DNA from: a virus | Virus record (IMG/VR): IMGVR_UViG_3300023202_000163 | Span: 1-64,000 of that record | DNA length: 64,000 nucleotides | Reading direction: 5' to 3' (one strand) | In this document: positions 6,155-14,172 of the stretch, piece by piece | Numbering within the stretch: the first letter of the stretch is position 1 | Layout: every line of letters starts with the position of its first letter | Program-made: the position numbers and the translations under genes | Notes under the pieces: generated by a model | The model's database searches: none | Told to the model about the DNA's origin: nothing | Seen by the model: the letters and a program-made list of their open reading frames with translations, nothing else

Positions 6155-7903
6155 ATGTTTAAAAATATACTAAAACTAACCTTCTTTACAATTGTACTCA
6201 TGTCATGTTCTGGCTTTAAGTGCAACCCTGCTGAAGAATGGAATCAGGTTTTTAATAGAAACTCTTTTGTGGCGGATTCTCGGGGTTGGGTTTCTGGAGA
6301 TGCTGCTCGGTTTACGAAACTCCCTAACGGTAAATTTTTATGGGCATTCGGAGACTCCAAGGTCACTAAAATAGACGTATCGTCTAATCAAGTTATAATA
6401 CAAAACCCCCGTAGTAGGGATGGTGTTTTTGGCACTATTTTAGCTATACAGGAAAGTTCACCTATTAATTCCAGTAATATTAGATTTTTTGCGAGATTTC
6501 TTGAAACTAACGCTGTACGAGATATTACTTCCGGCTTACCTTCTCTATTTTCCCAAGATGGCGGTTCCTCCAGTTTTTTTAACGAAGCTATACTAAATAT
6601 TCCAGATATTACTCCAAATACTTCTCCGGTATTCTGGCCGCATGGATTAGCTTGCATAGATTGTGAACATAACCCACAAGTAGTACTAATGCTAAAAGAG
6701 ACTGTTTTCTGCAACCCCCAGAATAGTATATATGATTGTCGGCCCTTTTGCGTACTGTCCAATATAGACGGAAGTACAGACTCTTCAACTACCTGCACCA
6801 ATGGATTAGCTTCTTTAAGAAATGTAATTGTAAAAATATTAAATCCAAATGATGATATAAAAAATTGGCAATTTCAATCGGTGATTGTTGAACCTGTTGC
6901 TACGACCGCCTGGGGCGTTGATTTTATGGAACGGTATGGTTGGGTATATGTGTACGGAACCCAGGAGAGGCCGGGAGGGGGAGTATTCGATATGATAGTT
7001 TCCCGAACTCTTAAAGAAAACGTAATGAACCCGAATGAGTGGGAGGTCCTGACGGAAAATGGGTGGGTCAAAAAATTAGAGAACCCGACACCAAAAATAG
7101 TAGCTACCGATGTATCTACAATGTTTAGTGTGGACTCTATCGTAAGTAATAATAGAGAAAATTTCTTACTGGTACACGACAGGCCTCTTAAAACCCATTT
7201 AACTTTTGTAAGACCAAGTAATAGTCAAATAAGTTGGGAAGACACAAACGAAAAAACTCCTAGAGTTGATAAATTTTCAGCGGATCTAACATTACAAAGT
7301 TCTGTGGAGTCTGCTATAGCTGCTGGAAACTGTTCACCATTTTTAGATATTATAACAGCAAAAACCTGTGTCCCAAGTTACCATGCATCTGTCTATAAAG
7401 AATTATCAGTTCCCCAAGGCGATCAGGATATTTTATTTCCAAGTGTAAAAACCCTTCTTTTTGGTTTTATAGTACCCAGAGGACCGGCTGATGGAAGTAA
7501 TAGTGCCGATTACGATAAACCAAGATTTGGTACTATTGATATAGCTAAAGTTAAACCTTGGTGTATCATCTCACATGAAAAATGTTGGAGAGGCGTAAAT
7601 CACGTATTCCCAGCCCTAGAGTTAACTGATAGTGAGATAACGTCAATAAACTTCAATGTAGTAGACAGCGATTCTTTTGTACTGGAATCGTTTTCTGATC
7701 TCTCTACATATAATTTAAGGGGCTTTGTTGATTTTGCAGAAGAAGTTGATATAGTTTGTGAATTTGATGAAAACACAGAAAGTAGTTTTTGTTTCGTAAA
7801 TAACTTAGAAGATAATAATGTATTTACACTACAACTTAGCTCAGTAGCACCTTTAACGATTATCACATTTAGAGCTAGTTATGACGGCAACGCGGGGATT
7901 TAA
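6155..7903 (+). CDS. Exported lipoprotein with probable beta-propeller (DUF4185/DUF5005-like) domain
   Basis: Lipobox LMSC; SGDAA...LPNGKFLWAFGDS, FWP and GWVYVYGT motifs recalled from that family. Confidence 0.55.
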   Translation: MFKNILKLTFFTIVLMSCSGFKCNPAEEWNQVFNRNSFVADSRGWVSGDAARFTKLPNGKFLWAFGDSKVTKIDVSSNQVIIQNPRSRDGVFGTILAIQESSPINSSNIRFFARFLETNAVRDITSGLPSLFSQDGGSSSFFNEAILNIPDITPNTSPVFWPHGLACIDCEHNPQVVLMLKETVFCNPQNSIYDCRPFCVLSNIDGSTDSSTTCTNGLASLRNVIVKILNPNDDIKNWQFQSVIVEPVATTAWGVDFMERYGWVYVYGTQERPGGGVFDMIVSRTLKENVMNPNEWEVLTENGWVKKLENPTPKIVATDVSTMFSVDSIVSNNRENFLLVHDRPLKTHLTFVRPSNSQISWEDTNEKTPRVDKFSADLTLQSSVESAIAAGNCSPFLDIITAKTCVPSYHASVYKELSVPQGDQDILFPSVKTLLFGFIVPRGPADGSNSADYDKPRFGTIDIAKVKPWCIISHEKCWRGVNHVFPALELTDSEITSINFNVVDSDSFVLESFSDLSTYNLRGFVDFAEEVDIVCEFDENTESSFCFVNNLEDNNVFTLQLSSVAPLTIITFRASYDGNAGI

Positions 7904-8481
7904 ATTATAGAGTTTATCTCTATTAAACAGGAATGAGTTCTTCGCATCCAGCCTTTTAGGAAAACTGACATTTTAGGTTTCCTTACAACTAGATTTGCTA
8001 ATAAATCAACTCTTCTAAGAACTATATTTTGTGCTATTTTTAGATTATCTTTTTGTTCACGCACTTTACTCAAAGTAGCTGGTCCTATGAGGCCGTCTGC
8101 TTTTGCCCCCACTTCTCTTTGTAGCGCCCTGGAGGACACACTCAAACCAGAATTTACTGCGTAGTCCATAACTGCTAGGGCTATGGTAGCTGGCAACTGA
8201 TCCCCCTTGATTTTATCCCAGTACTCCTTTTTATAGATTTTTTTGGCCCCTTCTTCTGTTAAATTTCTTATATCTACATCAGGATGGGATCTTTGAGCAA
8301 TACCAAAATTAGTAAGACCTCCAGGATCCGCTTCGTGATCTACTAGACCTCCTTCCCACTGTAAAACAAATTTCATAACTTTGTCAAACTTTTCCATTTC
8401 GATGTCCTTTATTTTTTCAATTAAGATATCTTCTTTTTTTCGCAAAAATATAGACAAGACTTTGTTCAGAAAAAGTCGCAT
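7900..8481 (-). CDS. GH108 family lysozyme (endolysin) with peptidoglycan-binding domain
   Basis: EGGLVDHEADPGGLTNFGI, DYAVNSG, DGLIGPATL, FLKGWMRR; the true start may be the internal MEKFD. Confidence 0.93.
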   Translation of the reverse strand: MRLFLNKVLSIFLRKKEDILIEKIKDIEMEKFDKVMKFVLQWEGGLVDHEADPGGLTNFGIAQRSHPDVDIRNLTEEGAKKIYKKEYWDKIKGDQLPATIALAVMDYAVNSGLSVSSRALQREVGAKADGLIGPATLSKVREQKDNLKIAQNIVLRRVDLLANLVVRKPKMSVFLKGWMRRTHSCLIEINSII

Positions 8482-8482
8482 C

Positions 8483-11400
8483 TTATCTAGGTTCTTGTGT
8501 GTATTCTATGGTAAGACCAGAACGGCCCACCATATCCATAACTTGTTGCCACAAATCAACAGAATTACCCTTTTCAGATCCTTTATCAAGGGCCTCTAAT
8601 TTGGGCCCGATGCTCAAAAGCCAATCTGGAGGACCGTCCACTACAACCGCCCCGTAATCCTCAAAGCGTTGGCTTCTGAGCGCTTGTATGGCCGGGGAAA
8701 CTTCTGTGAAAAGTGGGGACATCATTACTATTTTTTCTCCTGGAGCCCCATTAGGATTTACAGCTATAGCTAATTTTTGATTAGGTATTAATTGTTGGTT
8801 TTGTTTCTGTAAAATACCGTCATCACCCTTTATAGGATCTGGCGCTACTTTTCTTTCATTTCTGTGCTTAGTGTTAGGCCCTACGGCGGGTTTTCCGGAT
8901 TGACCCCAATCTGGGTTGTGGTCATGGGGAAATATAGTACCGATTCTTCTATAGTCTTCCATAGTTCGAGAAGCGCTAGCTTTATAGATATTTTCTTTAG
9001 GTGGTTTTATAGACATGAATCCTGGTTTTTTACCTGTCCGGTCCATATCCCAGTGTTCTCTGCTTTTATCATCACCATTAGGACTCCCCTTTCCTGTTTT
9101 GTTCCTTGTCATAGGCACTTCTGGATTAGGGTCTTGACCTCCTCTGCCAAAATCTGGAGAACCTTCTATAGATTCAAGTTCTGGGGCTATTTTTGGGTTC
9201 TTGGCTTTATTTGGTATGGAGTCCAAATTATGTCTTGGTTTTTTACTGTAAAATTTAGGATCTTTTCTTAAATTTTCTACAGCAGTGTCTTTATCTTCTT
9301 TGAATTCATCAAGAGCCAATTTTAACTCATGCTGGTCTACGTGAGAATCCAAATTTGATTTAAACATATTTCTTCCCGGTTCTGGGTAATTAACTACAGG
9401 CAAAAATCCAGTAGGTTTAGGCTCCCCTTGGGGTCTTACCATAGGTGCCCTGTCTAGGCCCCCACCTCCTGGATATCTTGTAAATTTTCCAGGTGAGCTT
9501 GACTCTCTGGATTCTTCAGCTTTCATGGGGGATAGATGAGGATCTTTCCCATGAACATCTAATACTTGGGGTATAGGTAGCTCCACTGCTAAAAAGCCTG
9601 CACCCTTATCCGCAGGGTAGTGTGTAGCAGGTAATTGGTCTGCTCCGGGAAATTCGTCCCGATGTTCTGGGCCAATATCTGCCGAAACAACAGGCTCATC
9701 CCACGTAAATAAATCCACAGAAGATGTACTTTCTTTTTTCAAACCATGCAAATCATAGTCTCCAGGGATACCGTCTTCTGGCGTAACCGATTGCCATTGG
9801 GGGTGATCTTTGGGTATAGGGGGAGGCCCAGAATGTTCCTGCTCCGGAGGTACAAATGGAAGAGATCCACTAAATCCATCTCTGCTACCTCTTCCCCGAG
9901 ATGGTCGCTCAGACCACTTTGTTCCCGAATTAAACCACCTAGGTTGAAATTTTAAAGATCTTTCGTGCTGTCTTTGAGGTTCGGCCTCGACTTTAGCATG
10001 GTGAGTAAGCGGACGTGCTGGTCCGAGACCTGGATGGTGTGCTTTTTCTCCTTCTGGGTCTTTCCATGCCCAGTCAAAGTGGCTTCTCCACAGGATATGG
10101 TCACTTTGATCTTCGTCAGGGTGTGTACGAAATTCACTGGGACCCTGACTACTCTTTGTGATACCCTTTTTTCGGGCGTCTCGATAGTTTCCGTCATAGC
10201 AGGTCTCTCCGGGTCTAATATGGCTATCACCACATTTATTTTTATCTTCGTTTGTCATATCTTTTCTACTCTCTAGAAAACGAGTTGCTAATTCTATAAT
10301 TTTATCCGCATCTTTTATCCCTGTTTCGTCTTCAATAGCACGAGTTAACTCTAAAAATTTACCCATCTGCGGCCCAGGTTTCATACCGCGCGCAATCAAA
10401 TCTTTTCCTGTAACAGCATCCGTAAGCTTGCTTTGTCCAGGTTCTATAAAATTTGTTACATACTCTTTATATTCTTCTAGGAATTTATCAGCTCTACTAG
10501 TATCTCGCCTTACAGCTTTTTCTGTAGTTCTTCCCAAAGTATCTGCTTTTGAGACGGCAGCCAATAGCTCCGGACTTACTTTTGCAGCATCTAAAACCCT
10601 ATTTAATCTTCTATAGCCTTTTCGGCCCGCTCTCTCTGGCATAAGTTGGGGGCGTAAGTGCGTGGCTACTAATGTGGCAACTTGTTTCGTTAGGTCATTT
10701 GGCGCTTTCATTCTTTTCATAAAAGTTACAGTGGGCTCATAACCGCCTTCTTCGTGCCCGAGTGCTCTAATCTTTCCGCCTTCTTCTACTTGTGTATTTT
10801 CCGGTTTTCCAAAATCATGAGATAATGCACCGAACATTAGCGGCATGTCAAATTCAGGATCTCCTGTTCTTTGTTTTGCCGCTTCATCAATTACCATTAA
10901 AGTGTGAACGTACACGTCACCTTCAGGATGGTGGTCAGGGTCTTGCGGAACCCCCTGTAGTTTTTCTATTTCGGGAAAATATCTTAAAAGATTAGACTGT
11001 CTAAGAACTTCTAAACCTTTTGACGGTTTTTTACCCTTTAAAAGCATTTTAGAAAATTCAGGAAATATTCTTTCTCCTGGTAATTGTTCAAGTGGTTGGG
11101 CAGCTATTAATTCTAAAGTTTTAGGCTCTACCTCAAAATCGAAACGGGCAGCAAATTGGGCTGCTCGCAAGGCGCGCAAAGGGTCTTCTCCGAAAGTATT
11201 TGGATCCGCTGCTCTTAGGATTCCGTTTCTTAAATCAGACATTCCTCCTAACGGGTCTATTATTTCCCCAGTCAGGGGGTCTTTACTCATAGCATTTATG
11301 GTTAAATCTCTTCTTCTTGCCGCCTCTTCTAGTGTCATGTTAGGGTCGGGTACTACATCAAAACCTTTATGTCCCTCTCCTTTTTTCTTTTCCCTCCTAG

Positions 11401-11662
11401 GGAGAGCTATATCCCAATCCAACTCATTTATATGTAAAACTCCAAATTGCTGTCCTACTTCCTTAACATTTCCGAAATTAGTTAAAATTTCTTTTAATTT
11501 ATCCGGCTGAAGACCAAAAACTTCAAAATCAAAATCTTTTTGCGGTAGGCCTAGTAATTCATCGCGTACTATTCCACCGACTAGATACACCTTTCCCCCG
11601 TATTTTTCTACCATTCTGGCAAAGGCTTGAACCATTGCATTATTTGCAATTGTTAAATTCAT
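8483..11662 (-). CDS. cca: CCA-adding enzyme with HD phosphatase domain, fused to a ~600-aa low-complexity C-terminal extension
   Basis: VGGIVRD..DFD, flexible loop ALPRREKKKGEGHKGF, RRDLTINA, EDPLR, HPEGDVYVHT, HDFGK, GHE and ADTLGR in aa 1-465; the remainder is Pro/Gly/charged-rich. Confidence 0.92.
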   Translation of the reverse strand: MNLTIANNAMVQAFARMVEKYGGKVYLVGGIVRDELLGLPQKDFDFEVFGLQPDKLKEILTNFGNVKEVGQQFGVLHINELDWDIALPRREKKKGEGHKGFDVVPDPNMTLEEAARRRDLTINAMSKDPLTGEIIDPLGGMSDLRNGILRAADPNTFGEDPLRALRAAQFAARFDFEVEPKTLELIAAQPLEQLPGERIFPEFSKMLLKGKKPSKGLEVLRQSNLLRYFPEIEKLQGVPQDPDHHPEGDVYVHTLMVIDEAAKQRTGDPEFDMPLMFGALSHDFGKPENTQVEEGGKIRALGHEEGGYEPTVTFMKRMKAPNDLTKQVATLVATHLRPQLMPERAGRKGYRRLNRVLDAAKVSPELLAAVSKADTLGRTTEKAVRRDTSRADKFLEEYKEYVTNFIEPGQSKLTDAVTGKDLIARGMKPGPQMGKFLELTRAIEDETGIKDADKIIELATRFLESRKDMTNEDKNKCGDSHIRPGETCYDGNYRDARKKGITKSSQGPSEFRTHPDEDQSDHILWRSHFDWAWKDPEGEKAHHPGLGPARPLTHHAKVEAEPQRQHERSLKFQPRWFNSGTKWSERPSRGRGSRDGFSGSLPFVPPEQEHSGPPPIPKDHPQWQSVTPEDGIPGDYDLHGLKKESTSSVDLFTWDEPVVSADIGPEHRDEFPGADQLPATHYPADKGAGFLAVELPIPQVLDVHGKDPHLSPMKAEESRESSSPGKFTRYPGGGGLDRAPMVRPQGEPKPTGFLPVVNYPEPGRNMFKSNLDSHVDQHELKLALDEFKEDKDTAVENLRKDPKFYSKKPRHNLDSIPNKAKNPKIAPELESIEGSPDFGRGGQDPNPEVPMTRNKTGKGSPNGDDKSREHWDMDRTGKKPGFMSIKPPKENIYKASASRTMEDYRRIGTIFPHDHNPDWGQSGKPAVGPNTKHRNERKVAPDPIKGDDGILQKQNQQLIPNQKLAIAVNPNGAPGEKIVMMSPLFTEVSPAIQALRSQRFEDYGAVVVDGPPDWLLSIGPKLEALDKGSEKGNSVDLWQQVMDMVGRSGLTIEYTQEPR

Positions 11663-13422
11663 CGTGGTCTCTTTAGAAAAACTGTTCTTATAAATTCTGA
11701 ATCAATGTGATTCTGTACTTGGGCACTTGCTCCTAGTTGTATACTAGAAGCCGATAAGGTTGTCAAGCCTACAGGAAGTGTGGTTGTAGTGTCCTCTAGT
11801 AAAATTTCTCCATCTACTGAAATTCTAAGCAAGGGGGCAGACGTTCTCCATTCTGCTACAATTTCGTGTATTTTTCCAGATACCCAATTGGTCGGAGTGC
11901 TTGTAGTTGCCGTAGCTGTAGTAGTTTCATCAGATACATTTAGAGTTAAAGTTCCGTTCGCGTTTACTTTAAACGAAATGCCTTTATTTAAAGTTATAGG
12001 GTCCCTTGTGTCAAATATATATTTGTCTTCAAAAGGAGCCCCATCAAAGCCTACGGCTACATTAAATACAGCAGCTCCTTCTTCTACAGAGAAAGGGGTT
12101 TCTGGTATATAGCTTAAGTTATCTGATACTCTTATTTGTTCCGTTAATACCTGACTTGTTGCAAACTGTGTGTTGGTTACGCTAGGTAAGGCTGTTAAAA
12201 CAGTTATAAAATCCGCTTGTTCGATCGAACCTATTTCTAGACGCCATGTAAATTTTTCTGCACTCAGAGGGTGCTGAGAGGGTTGCGATTGTATACTAAA
12301 AGGCCTTAAGGGTCTAGCGTTGAATAAATCATCTGGATTTAGAATTTTAGTAATGGACGGAAGTTGTCTATCTGCAAAATCAAAGAAATTAAAAACCAAT
12401 TTAGCTTTAGTGATATCGGATTCTGGGGAATTTTTTTCCATTCCTGCAAGTAAAGACAAAGCAATTGGCTTTGTAGCATCGAATGGTACAGGAGACGCTA
12501 AGCCTATACTTGCTTCTGTAAAAGGAGAAATACCTGGAGGGCTTGCTCCATTTAATTTTAATGCCCACACCTTTGCGTCAAAACCTTCACCCTGTAACTT
12601 CAATAAAGAGCTATTTACTATTTTTATTCCGGGAGAATCCATAGTATATTTGGCGGGAAAATTTTTACATATAGAATTATTAAGTTCTGTATCTATGTAG
12701 GTGTTATTAGGAAGTAGTTGTATTGATCCCTGCTCTGAAAACGTGGAGGCTCCCAATTCCCACCCAGGCGTATCTATATTCTGAAAAACTAATACTCCCA
12801 GGCGAGGCAATAGTCTACCGCCGCCTCCTAGATAAATTAGCTGGCCGTCAAGAAAATCTGCTGATTTTTTTTCTGCAAGCTCTTCAAATTTTATATCCAC
12901 GATAGCCCTGTTTGATGCCTCTTCCTTGATAACTACGGTTTGATTTTCCCCTAATTCTATTGGGTTATGGGGAGAGATGTTTTGGAAAGGCTCGTCTCTT
13001 TCCTTTTCGGGGTCGAGATGCCAAGATCTGTTCACAGCATTCCCTATTACAGAATTTTGTGGGGAATCACTGAATGTCCCTGCGTCGGCTAAAACCATAG
13101 TTGCTGACGTTACTTCGCCTTGGCCTTCCAGCTCTAAAGTAGCTCTCGCTTCTAGATTAGTGTTCACCGCAGGATTTACAAAAAATATATTAAAAAAACC
13201 ATCTTTGTTGGCATGGCTTTTGTCGAAGTCTACCTGCTCTAATGGAATTTGTTGCAGCCCTACTGCTGGCGTGTTAAATACGTTAAATAGTCGGACTTTT
13301 CCATTTACGACAACTTCTGGATGAAAATTTGGGTCGCATTCATCAGTAATAAATAGTTGAACTCTAATTACATTAGAGTCTACATTATAATGGGCCGCTA
13401 TTTTAGCATTTTTTGTTGTCAC
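11659..13422 (-). CDS. Putative virion protein with C-terminal LamG/ConA-like domain
   Basis: Beta-rich; C-terminal WVSGKIHEIVAEW...LRISVDGE...IQLG pattern. Confidence 0.55.
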   Translation of the reverse strand: MTTKNAKIAAHYNVDSNVIRVQLFITDECDPNFHPEVVVNGKVRLFNVFNTPAVGLQQIPLEQVDFDKSHANKDGFFNIFFVNPAVNTNLEARATLELEGQGEVTSATMVLADAGTFSDSPQNSVIGNAVNRSWHLDPEKERDEPFQNISPHNPIELGENQTVVIKEEASNRAIVDIKFEELAEKKSADFLDGQLIYLGGGGRLLPRLGVLVFQNIDTPGWELGASTFSEQGSIQLLPNNTYIDTELNNSICKNFPAKYTMDSPGIKIVNSSLLKLQGEGFDAKVWALKLNGASPPGISPFTEASIGLASPVPFDATKPIALSLLAGMEKNSPESDITKAKLVFNFFDFADRQLPSITKILNPDDLFNARPLRPFSIQSQPSQHPLSAEKFTWRLEIGSIEQADFITVLTALPSVTNTQFATSQVLTEQIRVSDNLSYIPETPFSVEEGAAVFNVAVGFDGAPFEDKYIFDTRDPITLNKGISFKVNANGTLTLNVSDETTTATATTSTPTNWVSGKIHEIVAEWRTSAPLLRISVDGEILLEDTTTTLPVGLTTLSASSIQLGASAQVQNHIDSEFIRTVFLKRPR

Positions 13423-13435
13423 GGAACCTCTGAAT

Positions 13436-13475
13436 AAAAAAGCCAGACAGAAGAGATTCCCCTGACTGGCTTTTT
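13436..13475. terminator. Intrinsic (possibly bidirectional) terminator
   Basis: AAAAAAGCCAG-ACAG...CCTG-ACTGGCTTTTT hairpin with A and T tracts on both sides. Confidence 0.7.
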
Positions 13476-13521
13476 AAATTTAAAGAAAGTTATTCCCTGT
13501 TGTAGCGATTAACACTTTTTC

Positions 13522-13737
13522 TTAATTATCGGAATTATTTTCTTTTTTTACGCCGTCTTGGTTAGGCAGAAGAGAAGAAGCTCCGAGTGTAAGAAGTTTT
13601 CCGCCGATATCAATGATTTTAACAATGACGGTATCATCCTTAGTTCCCGGAATAACTCTTTTCAAAACTTCTAGTACAGCAACCACTGCTGCCCAGATCA
13701 TACCTACCACATCGTAATTATTGGCAAGCCATTCCAT
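13522..13737 (-). CDS. Small membrane protein, holin-like
   Basis: 71 aa, N-terminal hydrophobic helix, PGTKDD motif, charged C-terminus, AAGGAG RBS. Confidence 0.55.
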   Translation of the reverse strand: MEWLANNYDVVGMIWAAVVAVLEVLKRVIPGTKDDTVIVKIIDIGGKLLTLGASSLLPNQDGVKKENNSDN

Positions 13738-13878
13738 TATTTTCTCCTTTTTGCGGTTACCGCACTTTTAAAGTGGGGTTTTAAATCCTTGTGGATCTTT
13801 TACATAAATAAGACTACTTTCAAGAAATTTTAGGCCATTTTCTAGCCAGTTCTGGGGTGGGGATTTTGTGCAGAGTTT

Positions 13879-14079
13879 TTAGTATTTTCTCTGCTCTGGA
13901 TCCAATAATTCCTTTTGTTTTTGCGTTTGTCTTGTCAACTTTTCTCTGTTTTCAGGTTCAGGGAGATCTCTGGTCCATCTCCAAATTGTTTGCCTAAGTG
14001 TACCAGTGTTTTGTATGATTTCTTTAACAGAAATTCCTTGAGACCATAATTTTCTAACTTCTTCTTTCCTTGATAACAT
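13879..14079 (-). CDS. Small helix-turn-helix protein
   Basis: GISVKEIIQNTGTLRQTIWRW HTH pattern. Confidence 0.6.
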   Translation of the reverse strand: MLSRKEEVRKLWSQGISVKEIIQNTGTLRQTIWRWTRDLPEPENREKLTRQTQKQKELLDPEQRKY

Positions 14080-14172
14080 ATTATACCTCTACAGGTCTTT
14101 AGTGTATTTCTTTAATATATTAAATAAACTAAATTGTGTCAGCAACTAAAGCTATAAGTACTTGATTTTACT

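Noticed and set aside
8483-11662. Poly(A) polymerase
   Set aside because: The intact CCA-type flexible loop, EDPLR template motif and HD domain, with no PcnB signature, favour a CCA-adding enzyme.
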